A DNA stretch of 64,000 nucleotides from an archaeon (GTDB lineage Archaea > Nanobdellota > Nanobdellia > Pacearchaeales > GW2011-AR1), in NCBI GenBank assembly GCA_018693315.1, contig JABHLR010000005.1, positions 97,049 through 161,048 on the forward strand, read 5' to 3'. This document shows, piece by piece, positions 9,316-19,214 of this stretch. Below the pieces are notes generated by a model. That model saw nothing but the letters and a program-made list of their open reading frames with translations, was not told the origin of the DNA and searched no databases. The position numbers and the translations under genes are program-made. Within the stretch, counting starts at the first letter, position 1. Each line of letters starts with the position of its first letter.

Positions 9316-9933
9316 ATGATAAGGGCTGTTGTTGTTGATATTGGGAATGTTTTGATTTATGAAAATGGGGATAGGGCGCGGGATTTTTTGGCGAAGAAAT
9401 ATGGTTTTGATGCTGAGGATTTTTGGAAGTATGCGAAAAAGAATTTGAGTAAGTCTTATTGTGGAAAGTTGGATGCGAAGGATTTTTTTGCTGGATTGAT
9501 TTCTGAGTTGGATATTAAGAACGTTAGTGCTGAGGATATGATCGATGGTTGGTTGGAGATTCGTGGTGGGACGTCGAGGGTTGATGAGGTTGTACGAGAG
9601 ACTTTGGAGAATTTGAAAGGGAAGGTTTTGCTTGGGGCTTTGACGAATAGCACGGTTTTGAATGATAGGGTTGGGGTTAGGAAGAATTGTTATGGGCTGT
9701 TTGATTTTAAGATTATTTCGCATGAGGTTGGAGTGAGTAAGCCAGAGAAAATGATTTATAAGATTTTTTTGGAAAAATTGAAAGAGAATGGAGTGAAACC
9801 AGATGAATGTGTTTTTATTGACGATAGGAAAGAGAATTTGAATGCTGTTGAGGAGTTTGGGATTGAGGGCATTTTGTTTGAGGATAGTGAGCAGATGATT
9901 AGGGAATTGAGGGAGCTTGGGGTTTCGTGTTAG
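9316..9933 (+). CDS. HAD-superfamily hydrolase-like protein
   Basis: VVVDIGNVL (motif I, second Asp replaced by Gly), LTNS (motif II), FIDDRKENL (motif IV). Confidence 0.6.
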   Translation: MIRAVVVDIGNVLIYENGDRARDFLAKKYGFDAEDFWKYAKKNLSKSYCGKLDAKDFFAGLISELDIKNVSAEDMIDGWLEIRGGTSRVDEVVRETLENLKGKVLLGALTNSTVLNDRVGVRKNCYGLFDFKIISHEVGVSKPEKMIYKIFLEKLKENGVKPDECVFIDDRKENLNAVEEFGIEGILFEDSEQMIRELRELGVSC

Positions 9934-9972
9934 TATAATAAATTTTAAGTAGTGTGGTTGAGGCGTTATAAT

Positions 9973-10707
9973 ATGGGAATTTTTGGATTTGGTAAGGGAA
10001 AGACTTTGTATTATCCGGGATGCTTGACGAAGGGGGTTTTGAAGGAGCAGTTTGAGAATTATAAGGAAATTTTTAATCGATTGGGAATTGATTTTGTTTT
10101 ATTGAGGGATGATGAGGTTTGTTGCGGTTTGCCTATTTTGAATGGTGGGTACAAGAAGGATGCGAGGAAGTTGGCGGCGAAGAATTTTGATGTTTTTAGG
10201 AAGTATGGGATCAAGAGGATTGTTACGAATTGCCCGTCGTGTTATCATATGTTTGGTGAGGTTTATCCGAGTTTGGTTAGGGATTGGGATATAACTGTTG
10301 AACATGCGACTGGTGTGATTTTGAATGCTTTGAAGAGGAAGCGTATTAGATTTAAGGGGAGCGATGAGGATAGGGAGTTGGTTGCTTATCATGATCCGTG
10401 TCATCTTGGTCGGTATAGCGGGATTTTTGAAGAGCCTAGGGAAGTGATTGAGATTTTGGGTGGGAAGATTTTTGAGTCGAAATATAATCGTGAGAATGCG
10501 ATTTGTTGTGGCGGCGGCGGCGGAGTGCGCGCGAATTTTCCTGAGATTGCTAAGGCGGTTGCGAAAAAGAAATCTAGTTTTATTCCAGAGCATGTTGGCA
10601 AGGTGATTAGTCCTTGTGGTTTGTGTTATGCTAATATTAAATCTGCGACTGAGAGGTCTGTTGAGTTTAGTGATTTTGTTGTGCGGAAGTTGAGGGGGAT
10701 GAGATGA
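9973..10707 (+). CDS. CCG-domain Fe-S oxidoreductase (GlcF C-terminal/HdrB/LutA-like)
   Basis: Two cysteine-rich CCG-type repeats: YYPGC...CCG...NCPSC and YHDPCHLGR...CCGGGGG...PCGLC. Confidence 0.8.
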   Translation: MGIFGFGKGKTLYYPGCLTKGVLKEQFENYKEIFNRLGIDFVLLRDDEVCCGLPILNGGYKKDARKLAAKNFDVFRKYGIKRIVTNCPSCYHMFGEVYPSLVRDWDITVEHATGVILNALKRKRIRFKGSDEDRELVAYHDPCHLGRYSGIFEEPREVIEILGGKIFESKYNRENAICCGGGGGVRANFPEIAKAVAKKKSSFIPEHVGKVISPCGLCYANIKSATERSVEFSDFVVRKLRGMR

Positions 10708-11855
10708 AGTTGAATAAAAATTTAATAAAAATTTATGAGAGTGATGCGTCGCGATTGAAAGGGAATGCGAAAGAGGTTGTACATCCGAGGAATGTTGCGG
10801 AGGTTCGTGGGGCTGTTGCTAATTCTGCTAGGGTTGTTGTGCGTGGAGCGGGGACTGGTTTAGCTGGGGGTGCGGTTCCGCAGAATGGGATGGATGTTGT
10901 TTTGGATATGTCGAAAATGGATGGGATTCATGGTTTTGATAAGGAGCGAAATACTGTTGAGGTTGAGGCTGGTGTAATTTTGGATGAGCTGCAGGGATAT
11001 CTTGCGAGATTTGGTTTGGAGTTTCCTGTGAATCCTTCGAGTCATGCGGTTGCTACGATTGGTGGGATGATTGCTACCGACGCTGTTGGGAGCCGTGCGA
11101 TAAAATATGGGAAGACTTCGAATTGGGTGAAGTGGGTTGAGATTGTTGATGGCTATGGGGAGGTTCATAAGAAAGGGATTACTGAGTTGAGTGATTATTC
11201 TGGGATGGAGGGAATTACTGGGGTTATTGTTCGGGCTTGTTTGAAGTTGGCACCGAGGAAAGATAGGAGTGCGACTTTGGTTAAGGTTGAGAGTTTAGAG
11301 GATGTTGTTTCTGTTGTTCGGGAGTTGAAAAGGAATTCTGCTGTTTCGATGATTGAGTTTTTTGATAAAGGGATTAGTAAGGAGTTGGAGCTTGGCGAGG
11401 GTTATCATTTGATTGTTGAGTATGAGTCCCCAAGGGATGACCCTGCTGGCCCCGATGGTGCTGGTGCTTTGACAGGGAAGGAGTATGAGGATTTGATTAA
11501 GTTGCGGGATAGGGTTTATCCGTTTGTTGCGGGCGAGGGGTATACCAGGATTGAGGATCCGAAGATTATGATTGATAGGTTTGTGAAGTTGATGACTTGG
11601 TTGGAGGCGAGGAAGATTCCGGTTTTTGGGCATGTTGGGGTTGGTATACTTCATCCGTGTTTTAATCATGATCAGGAGAAGTTGGTTCCGGAGATGATGG
11701 CTTTGGTGAAGAGGCTTGGGGGGCAGGTTTCGGGGGAGCATGGGATTGGGGTTTTGAAGAAGGGGTTTGTCGAGATTAATGATCAGAAGATTTTGAGGAA
11801 TGTGAAGAAGCGGACTGATCCTTTGAATAAATTTAATGTTGGGAAGGTTGTATGA
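10704..11855 (+). CDS. FAD-linked oxidase (GlcD/D-lactate dehydrogenase-like)
   Basis: FAD-binding PCMH-type motif VVVRGAGTGLAGGAVP. C-terminus GEHGIG. 4-nt start/stop overlap with the upstream CCG gene. Confidence 0.85.
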   Translation: MKLNKNLIKIYESDASRLKGNAKEVVHPRNVAEVRGAVANSARVVVRGAGTGLAGGAVPQNGMDVVLDMSKMDGIHGFDKERNTVEVEAGVILDELQGYLARFGLEFPVNPSSHAVATIGGMIATDAVGSRAIKYGKTSNWVKWVEIVDGYGEVHKKGITELSDYSGMEGITGVIVRACLKLAPRKDRSATLVKVESLEDVVSVVRELKRNSAVSMIEFFDKGISKELELGEGYHLIVEYESPRDDPAGPDGAGALTGKEYEDLIKLRDRVYPFVAGEGYTRIEDPKIMIDRFVKLMTWLEARKIPVFGHVGVGILHPCFNHDQEKLVPEMMALVKRLGGQVSGEHGIGVLKKGFVEINDQKILRNVKKRTDPLNKFNVGKVV

Positions 11856-11940
11856 TGGAAAGATTTAAATATAATGGGAGGCTTTGTTAAACATAACCTC
11901 CCCGGTATGACGCAAGGAATGCCGGGAGTCTTTATTTTCT

Positions 11941-12501
11941 ATGGTAATTAAAAAGAAAGCTATTGTGTTTGTCGACGGTAATAATTGGTATCATAATGTG
12001 AAGTCTGTTGTTGCGAAGCCGAGGGGACTTGATTTTAGAAAGTTGGCCGACATGGTTGCGGAGCATTTTGATTTAGATATTGTTGGGATTAGGTATTATA
12101 ATTCTGTGCCGGATATTGAGTTGGGTGAGGAGAATTATTACAAGCATATGGTTTTTTTGGCTGGGCTGAAGCAGAAGGGGCTTGATGTGAATACGGCGAA
12201 GTTAAAGAAGATTCGGACTAATGGGAAGACGTTGAGGGTTGAGAAGGGGATTGATGTTATGATTGCGACTGATATGATTAGTAAGACTTTGCTCGAGAGC
12301 GAGTGTGATTGCTGTGTTTTGATTTCTGGGGATAGCGACTTTGTTCCTGCGATGAGGTTGGTTAAGACTGCGGGGAAGGAAGTTTTGACGACTTCGGTTT
12401 TGAGGGGATATGCGAGGGAGTTGTTGCAGGGCGAGTTTAGATTTTGGATTTTGAAGAAGGCTGATGTGAATAAATGTTTTGGGGGTTCAAATGCCAAGTG
12501 A
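11941..12501 (+). CDS. NYN/LabA-like domain protein
   Basis: AIVFVDGNNWYH...VLISGDSDFVPAM is the NYN (DUF88) acidic signature. Confidence 0.75.
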   Translation: MVIKKKAIVFVDGNNWYHNVKSVVAKPRGLDFRKLADMVAEHFDLDIVGIRYYNSVPDIELGEENYYKHMVFLAGLKQKGLDVNTAKLKKIRTNGKTLRVEKGIDVMIATDMISKTLLESECDCCVLISGDSDFVPAMRLVKTAGKEVLTTSVLRGYARELLQGEFRFWILKKADVNKCFGGSNAK

Positions 12502-12898
12502 TAAGCCGAGTAAGGCAGACAGAATAGCTGCTGCGAATTTAATGGAAGAAGCGAGCGAGGTTTTTGATAATTGTATTAGTTGTGGGATGTGCAAGTCGCT
12601 TTGTCCTGTGTTTAAGATTTTGAAGGAGGAGCGGGTTTCGCCGAGGGGAAAGGGGATTGTTTTGTCTGATAAGGTGATGGACAAGATTTTGTTTGAGTGT
12701 ACTATGTGTAAGGCTTGTGAGGAAAAGTGTCCGTTGAATATTAAGGTTTGTGAGGCTGTAATGAAGGGTCGAGAGGCGATGGTTTTGAAGGGGAGGGGTT
12801 TGAAGTCGAATGAGGAAATGATTGAGAATGTTCGGAAGTGTGGGAATCCGTTTGGAGATAAGGATGTTAAGGATCCTGAGAAGTTATATTGTTGTTAA
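12491..12898 (+). CDS. 2x[4Fe-4S] ferredoxin-domain protein (GlcF N-terminal-like)
   Basis: CISCGMCKSLCP and CTMCKACEEKCP (CxxCxxCxxxCP twice). Confidence 0.8.
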   Translation: MPSDKPSKADRIAAANLMEEASEVFDNCISCGMCKSLCPVFKILKEERVSPRGKGIVLSDKVMDKILFECTMCKACEEKCPLNIKVCEAVMKGREAMVLKGRGLKSNEEMIENVRKCGNPFGDKDVKDPEKLYCC

Positions 12899-14583
12899 TT
12901 ATGTGTGAACCAGAATTCTAGCTTATCTTTTGATTTTTTGTGGAGTTTGACGAAGCCGAATCTTTCGAATTGGATTGTTGTTCCGAGCTTTAGGTCTTTT
13001 AGTTTTGGTTCGCCTTTACCCTTTATTGTTGAGCCGTCTGGCATTATGATTTCTACATTGATGTTGTCGACGTTTGCGGGGAGCCATTGGATGAATTTTG
13101 TTTTGATGTCGTTGTCTGGTTCTGATGATAGGAATGAGAATGTTCTCGGCTTCATTCTTTCTACGTTGTCTGATTTGAAGTTTAGTAGGTGCATTAATCT
13201 GTAATTTCCGTTTTGCATTATGTCGTAGTCTATTTTTGAGATTAGAAATTCTTGTGATGTTTTGTATTCTCGTGTGCCTAACTTTTTGGATGGATGCAAT
13301 GGGATTTTTGCTGTGAGTTCTGGGGTGCCTGAAATTTTTATTTTCTCTGGCTGTTCGACGAAGAAATATCTTGGTGCGTCTTCTAGGAGTTTTTTGTTTA
13401 GGATATAGAGAGATTCGACAGGAATTGTTGAGTTTGATTTTTTTATTCCCATGCTCAGAATGAAATCTCTTATTGCTTTTGGCTGGATGCCTCGGTCTTC
13501 TAGGGATTGTAGTGACCATGTTCGTGGATCGTTCCAGCCGATGAAAGATCCTTCGTTGACTTCTTTGGCTCCTTTCGATTTTGATATTTTTATTCCTTCG
13601 ATTGCGAAGTGTCCGTTGTAGATTGATTCGGGATTTGACCAGTTGAATATTTTTCGAATGAAGTCTTGTACTCGCGTTGACATTTGATGGTCAATTCCTC
13701 TTAGGACGTGAGTTACGCCGAGGATGTGGTCGTCGATTCCCCAAGAGAATTCCATTGATGGGTATACTCGGAATTTGTTTTTTGTTCTTGGGTGTGGGAG
13801 GTCTGAGATTTTGAACATTACTCTGTCTCGGAATGCTGGGTCTGGATCTTGCATATTTGTTTTTAGTCGAACTGTCATTGATCCCATTTTTGCTTTGAAC
13901 ATTTCTTTCCATCTTTCCATCTGTCTTTCTGGGGGGAATTCTCTGCAAGCACATGCGATTCCTTTTTGTTTTAGGTCGTGCATGGTTTCTTGATCGCAGT
14001 CGCAAACGTACATATAGCCTTTTTTCAAGAGTTCTTCTGCGTATGCGTAATATTTTTCGGTTCGGTCAGATTTGTAGATTATGTTTTTGTCGTAGTTTAT
14101 ATCGAGCCATTTGGTTCCTTCTTCGATTAGTTTGTACGCTTGTGGTTCGATTTTTTTTGCTGCCGAGCCGATTGTGTCATCCATGACTAAGAGTAATTTT
14201 CCGTCGTACATTTTTACATATTCGTCGTTGAGGATAAATGGTCTTGCGTTCCCGATGTGGAGTGGGCCTGAGGGGAATGGCGCGAGTCTCATTACCACTT
14301 TTCCTTTTTCGGCATTTGGCAATTCTTTGAGTCCTTCTCGGATTTCCCTTTTTGATGTTGCGGCGTTTAGTTTTGAGTATTCTTCTAGTTGTGTTTCTGG
14401 GGATAGTTTGTTGACTTCTTTTATGACTTTCTGAATTGTGGGCATTATGTCTTTTATTTTTGATTTTTCTAGGCCTTCTGCGAATAGGCCGGCTAGGACT
14501 GCGCCCTGATTTGCTTCGCCTTTGTATTTGATTGCGTTTTCGAGGGCGTAAGCTTTGATCACTTCTTTTGATATTTCTGTCAT
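12895..14583 (-). CDS. gltX: glutamyl-tRNA synthetase, archaeal/eukaryal GlxRS type
   Basis: Class I signatures PSGPLHIGNARP (HIGH) and KISKSKG (KMSKS). 562 aa. Confidence 0.9.
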   Translation of the reverse strand: MTEISKEVIKAYALENAIKYKGEANQGAVLAGLFAEGLEKSKIKDIMPTIQKVIKEVNKLSPETQLEEYSKLNAATSKREIREGLKELPNAEKGKVVMRLAPFPSGPLHIGNARPFILNDEYVKMYDGKLLLVMDDTIGSAAKKIEPQAYKLIEEGTKWLDINYDKNIIYKSDRTEKYYAYAEELLKKGYMYVCDCDQETMHDLKQKGIACACREFPPERQMERWKEMFKAKMGSMTVRLKTNMQDPDPAFRDRVMFKISDLPHPRTKNKFRVYPSMEFSWGIDDHILGVTHVLRGIDHQMSTRVQDFIRKIFNWSNPESIYNGHFAIEGIKISKSKGAKEVNEGSFIGWNDPRTWSLQSLEDRGIQPKAIRDFILSMGIKKSNSTIPVESLYILNKKLLEDAPRYFFVEQPEKIKISGTPELTAKIPLHPSKKLGTREYKTSQEFLISKIDYDIMQNGNYRLMHLLNFKSDNVERMKPRTFSFLSSEPDNDIKTKFIQWLPANVDNINVEIIMPDGSTIKGKGEPKLKDLKLGTTIQFERFGFVKLHKKSKDKLEFWFTHN

Positions 14584-14732
14584 GCTATATAGAAGGAATA
14601 TGGGTTTTTAATTTGTTTGGAAGGGACAAGATATGCTGTTTATAATGATAATAGACAACTGGGGTTTATATAGTTTATGGAGGTTTGTCGACGGGGAGAT
14701 AGATTTTTAAAGAATCTGGAGTTTTATTATTT

Positions 14733-16478
14733 GTGGGATCGAAAGATATTGATTATTCAAATTGGCAGTTGGTAAAAGATTTGTGGCATTTTTTGAAGTT
14801 TCGTAAATGGAGATTTATTTTTTTTAGTGTGGTTTTGCTTATTGCGTTTTCGACTAGTCTGGTTACTCCGGTAATTCTTGCTATGATAATTGATTTCTTT
14901 GTTTCTGGTGGAAAAGATATTGGGGTTTTTTATTCTTACTTGTGGATACTTTTGGGTGTTGGGATGGTTGGAAATTTTATGAGACAGTATGGGAAATATA
15001 ATTTGAATCTGTATAGTTCTGAAGCTGAAAGGCACGCGAAGATAGAATCTTTTGATAAAATATTGCAGGGGGATTTGGTTTGGCACGAGGGGATTAGTAC
15101 CGGTGAGAAGATGCAAAAAGTTAATGATGGGATTAATATGATAAGGGCGTTTATGGATTTTTATATCAATAATGGAATTAGGTTGGTTGTGAGCATTGTT
15201 GGGGTTATCAGTGTGTTTTTCTATTTTAATATCAAATATGCTTTGATCGCGGTTGTTTTCATAGTGGTTTATTTATTTGCTGAATTTAAATTAAATAAAA
15301 GTTTGGCTAAAAATAGCCTGATTGTTAAGAAAGCTAGGGAATTGGCTTCGGGAAAAGCTTATGAATTTTCTTCAAATATTAGTACAATTAAATCTTTGGG
15401 AATTGAGAAGTCTTCTGGTGAAAAAATTGTAAATGTCGAGGATTCGGTTTTAAGGGCTCAGTCGGCTAGAAAAAAGGCTAGTGCAATTAAGTGGAATGTT
15501 TTGAATTTTATAGTGTTGATTAGTTTGACTTTGTTTATCTTTTTGGTTGGTAATGATATTTTGATTGGGGTTTTGACTGTGGGGGCTATTGTTATTTATG
15601 TTCAATATTTTAACAAATTAAGAGAAGGGTTGAGTACTATATCTGTTCAGATAAATAGATTGATTGACATTAAGTTCGGGATTTTTCGGATGATGGGGAT
15701 TTATAGAATGATACCAGATATTGACGAGAGCGGAGCGGGTAATTTGAAGAAATGGAAGCATATTCGAGTGAAGGATTTGAGTTTTAAATATAAGTCGGAT
15801 TTTATTTTAGATAATTTGAATTTGGATATTAGGAAGGGTGAGAAAATTGGAATTGTTGGAATGTCTGGAAGTGGAAAGTCAACTTTGTTTAAATTGTTGT
15901 TGAAGTTGCATTTGGCCAAAAAAGGAGAAATATGTTTTGATGATAAATCTATTGAAAAAATAAAAAGAGATTCTATTTTAAAGAAGATTTCGGTTGTGCC
16001 GCAGGAAACTGAATTGTTTAATTTGACATTGAGAGATAATATTACGATTTCTGGGGGGAGATTTAATCTGGCTAGATATAAGAAGGCCTTGGAGATTAGT
16101 CAGGTTTCGAGCTATTTATCTAAGCTCAAAAATAGGGATTTGACTTTTATTGGAGAGAAAGGGGTTCGTTTGTCTGGTGGCGAAAGGCAGAGGCTTGGAA
16201 TTGCCAGAGCGATTTATAAGAATAGTGATGTGATTATTTTTGATGAGTCTACTTCTAATTTGGATTACGTTAATGAAGGAAAGATTTTGGGTGCTATTGA
16301 TAAGAAACTGAAAAATAAAACCCTGATTGTCGCTGCACATAGGTTAACTACTTTGGAGAGTATGGATAGGATTTTGTTTATCGAAAAGGGGCGTGTTGTT
16401 GAGGAGGGTTCATATGACGAGCTTTTGAAAATGCGGGGAAAATTTTACAGGTTATGGAAGTCGCAAGGTAGAAAATAA
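14733..16478 (+). CDS. ABC exporter, fused permease/ATPase (MsbA-like)
   Basis: Six-TM N-terminal half. Walker A GMSGSGKST, signature LSGGERQR, Walker B VIIFDEST. GTG start. Confidence 0.9.
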   Translation: MGSKDIDYSNWQLVKDLWHFLKFRKWRFIFFSVVLLIAFSTSLVTPVILAMIIDFFVSGGKDIGVFYSYLWILLGVGMVGNFMRQYGKYNLNLYSSEAERHAKIESFDKILQGDLVWHEGISTGEKMQKVNDGINMIRAFMDFYINNGIRLVVSIVGVISVFFYFNIKYALIAVVFIVVYLFAEFKLNKSLAKNSLIVKKARELASGKAYEFSSNISTIKSLGIEKSSGEKIVNVEDSVLRAQSARKKASAIKWNVLNFIVLISLTLFIFLVGNDILIGVLTVGAIVIYVQYFNKLREGLSTISVQINRLIDIKFGIFRMMGIYRMIPDIDESGAGNLKKWKHIRVKDLSFKYKSDFILDNLNLDIRKGEKIGIVGMSGSGKSTLFKLLLKLHLAKKGEICFDDKSIEKIKRDSILKKISVVPQETELFNLTLRDNITISGGRFNLARYKKALEISQVSSYLSKLKNRDLTFIGEKGVRLSGGERQRLGIARAIYKNSDVIIFDESTSNLDYVNEGKILGAIDKKLKNKTLIVAAHRLTTLESMDRILFIEKGRVVEEGSYDELLKMRGKFYRLWKSQGRK

Positions 16479-16481
16479 TTA

Positions 16482-16865
16482 CTAGCCCATGACGCCGACG
16501 TTTGGACTTGGGGAAGAATTGATGTCGAGTTTTTTTTCGAGGACTTCGATTCTGTTTTCTAGTTTGTATATTTTGTTATCTAGGTTTGTGATTTTTTCGT
16601 CGACTTCTCTTTTGTCGTAGCCGTCTGTTGAGTTTGAGAAATTTGATGAGCTTGATGATGTTGTGTCCATGAAGCCGAATAGTTCTGAGTTTGATGTGGG
16701 GGCTGAAGAAGTTGTGGTTGATGACGTTGGTGTTGTTTTGGATCCGAATTCTACGAAGCCGTCACGATTTGTTGGGACTACGATATCTCTTTTTGGGATT
16801 CTTACTACGCCGCGTCTTTGGAGCTCGCGGACGTCGATCATCTTTTTCTTTTTTTTGAAGAGCAT
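16482..16865 (-). CDS. hypothetical protein (Ser/Thr-rich linker plus C-terminal coiled coil)
   Basis: 127 aa. TTSSSSSNFSNS linker, then a heptad-like segment EKITNLDNKIYKLENRIEVLEKKL. Confidence 0.5.
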   Translation of the reverse strand: MLFKKKKKMIDVRELQRRGVVRIPKRDIVVPTNRDGFVEFGSKTTPTSSTTTSSAPTSNSELFGFMDTTSSSSSNFSNSTDGYDKREVDEKITNLDNKIYKLENRIEVLEKKLDINSSPSPNVGVMG

Positions 16866-16939
16866 GTTGATATGTGGTATTTGTTGTATATAAAAGTTTG
16901 GAGTGAAACGTTTATATATTCTTGATTCTGTGTTAGGTT

Positions 16940-18505
16940 ATGGGTGACGATGGTCCTGTAAAAGATGTGGCGGAAGCGATAGAGCGTGTTATGACGAAGG
17001 CGCATAAAAAAAGTGAGTTGCGGAAGATGGGGATGTATGATCCTGTTGACGGGAAGTTTAAACCGATTTCTTCTTATCAGTTGTCGTTTGATTCGCAGCA
17101 AAATCAGTTGGAGCCGTCGTATTATTGGCTGTTGGATTTTATTGGGGAAAAGGGTTGGAAGTGGGAAAAGTTGATTGATAATTTTATGGCGTCGCCGGGG
17201 TCTGGGCAATTTTCCGAATTGAATATGAAGGCGACAAAGATGCAGGAGGAGGGAATGAAGATTCTTGGGGGGATGAATCAGGTGATTAAATCGGTTTTGA
17301 ATTTGGTTTATGATTTGAAGGAATTTGAGTTGAGGTTGGCGCATTATGATGATGCAGATGGCAAAAATGGTAAAGAGAAAGTTTCCGAGGGTATGTTGGC
17401 GTTGAAGCAGATTTGGCTGGATAATGTTGATTTGAAAAGAGGTCGTGGCTCGATTCATCAGATGTCGGCGGAGCTTGGTTATTCGACTTTGCGAGAGGCG
17501 TTTATGATGGCAAATTCGCAGGAGGATCTGAAGAAGATAAATAAGGATGAGCATGGGGGTTTGATTAATGATCAGGTTTTGAGAATTTTGATTCCGAGGT
17601 TGAGTGAGTTTTTGAAGTGGGTTGATTATTCGGAGAAGGAGTTGAGGAAGAGGTTTAGCATTGAGAGGAATTATTTGAAGTCGCAGGTTGAGACCATAAA
17701 ACTTTATTCGGGGTGGATGAAGCCTTATTTGATTGCGGCGGAGAAGTTGAGGCAGCAGGGTTTTGAAAAGGATGCGGCCTTGGTTAATGCGTTTTCGACT
17801 ACGATGTTTCATTTAGAATTGTTTACGCAGAAAGGTGTTGACAGTCCTGATAGTAAGTATAAGCCGAAGCGGGATTATAAGAGCGTGATGGTTATTGATT
17901 TTAAATTTCGTGGGCATGTTTCGCAGAGGGTGACGCAGAAAGGGGATTATGGTTATGGAATGGGTGGGAAGATAAATATTATTTACAAATCTTATGCTTT
18001 GAATGATGAGGAGATTGCGGCGGCGAAGGAGCTGCTGGATAAGGCTGATAGGGATTCTAGCTTGGTGTTTTCTGCTGATGTCGCGAGTGATGCGTTGGCG
18101 GATTTGAAAGAGGATTTGGATTATTTTTTAATGAGTGATGATGAGAAAAAAGAGGAAGAGGCGAAGATGAAAAAGACCGAGGCGAAAAAAGAAGATATTA
18201 ATCCGTTTTCTGCTTTGTTTGGTTTTGGGAAAAAGAAGAAGGAAAAGAAGAAGGAAAAGAAAGGCCCTGTTGCGATTGAGGATATTAAGAAAGATAATTT
18301 TCTTGAGAAAAAAATGAGGGGTGATGCTGGAGAGTCTGCGGCTAGTTGGTTGTATTTGGCTTATGATATTTACAAGAAGGCTCATAGGATGGCTTCGGCC
18401 GCTGGTGAGGGTTTCGATACGCATGATGATGATGCGGTGAGCAAATATGCTGAAGGCGGGGATGTTAGTTTTGGTGGGTCGTTTAAGGGCGCTAAGAGTA
18501 ATTAG
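16940..18505 (+). CDS. hypothetical protein, 521 aa, Lys/Glu-rich C-terminal region
   Basis: Long ORF in host-like composition. No motif recognised. KKEEEAKMKKTEAKKED...KKKEKKKEKK low-complexity tract. Confidence 0.7.
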   Translation: MGDDGPVKDVAEAIERVMTKAHKKSELRKMGMYDPVDGKFKPISSYQLSFDSQQNQLEPSYYWLLDFIGEKGWKWEKLIDNFMASPGSGQFSELNMKATKMQEEGMKILGGMNQVIKSVLNLVYDLKEFELRLAHYDDADGKNGKEKVSEGMLALKQIWLDNVDLKRGRGSIHQMSAELGYSTLREAFMMANSQEDLKKINKDEHGGLINDQVLRILIPRLSEFLKWVDYSEKELRKRFSIERNYLKSQVETIKLYSGWMKPYLIAAEKLRQQGFEKDAALVNAFSTTMFHLELFTQKGVDSPDSKYKPKRDYKSVMVIDFKFRGHVSQRVTQKGDYGYGMGGKINIIYKSYALNDEEIAAAKELLDKADRDSSLVFSADVASDALADLKEDLDYFLMSDDEKKEEEAKMKKTEAKKEDINPFSALFGFGKKKKEKKKEKKGPVAIEDIKKDNFLEKKMRGDAGESAASWLYLAYDIYKKAHRMASAAGEGFDTHDDDAVSKYAEGGDVSFGGSFKGAKSN

Positions 18506-18538
18506 AAAAATAAATAAAGCTGGTTTCTGTGTAATTTT

Positions 18539-19171
18539 ATGGCTAAGAAGAAGAAAATTAAGGAAAAGATCAAGGAAGGAGTTAGAGAGATCAAGAAGAA
18601 AGTTGAGGAGCTTGAGGAGCTTGAGGAGGCGCTTGACGATGCTGATGAGGGTGGCATTTTTGATGAGGATTTAGAGGACGTTGATGAAACTCTTGAGGTT
18701 AGTGATTTTGATATTGGTAGTACGATTTTGACGTCTGCACCATCTGTTGATAATTGGTCTGGGCAAGATTTAGAGGAAGCTGTTCGTGATGAGAAGAGGG
18801 GGAGGGATAGAGATTGGGAGCCTGCTGATGAATTTGCTGGTGGCGATGTTTATACTCCTAATTCTGGCGGCGGCGATGCTTATATTGGGGCGGGTTCTAG
18901 CGATGTTTATTCTGCTGGTGGCGCGGGTGGTGGGAGTGATGTTTATTCTGCGAGCGGCGATAGCGCGTATCAAGCTGGGAAGGAGAATGGGAAATATGAT
19001 GCTAATGTTAAAGATCGTGGTGATGGAATGAAGACTTATGATCAGCTTCGTGATGAGCGTAGGAGTGGGCCTTCTATGTTGGAGATTACTGGGCTTAAGA
19101 ACGATAGTAAGAAAAAGGATCGGGATAATATTGATGCTAATCAGAAGTATCAAGGGAAGATGGCGGCTTAG
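18539..19171 (+). CDS. hypothetical acidic protein with repeated G-G-x-D-[VA]-Y motifs
   Basis: GGDVYTPNSGGGDAYIGAGSSDVYSAGGAGGGSDVYSASGDSAY gives five D-[VA]-Y units. N-terminus is coiled-coil-like. Confidence 0.6.
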   Translation: MAKKKKIKEKIKEGVREIKKKVEELEELEEALDDADEGGIFDEDLEDVDETLEVSDFDIGSTILTSAPSVDNWSGQDLEEAVRDEKRGRDRDWEPADEFAGGDVYTPNSGGGDAYIGAGSSDVYSAGGAGGGSDVYSASGDSAYQAGKENGKYDANVKDRGDGMKTYDQLRDERRSGPSMLEITGLKNDSKKKDRDNIDANQKYQGKMAA

Positions 19172-19214
19172 TTAGTTTTAAATAATAAGATGAGTTTGTT
19201 TTTTTAGGTGATGC

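Noticed and set aside
16838-17812. 324-aa minus-strand ORF antisense to the 16940..18505 gene.
   Set aside because: It has extreme low-complexity composition rich in I/L/R/Q/P/N, no start context, and lies fully inside a better plus-strand ORF. This is a typical shadow frame of a purine-rich AT-rich gene.
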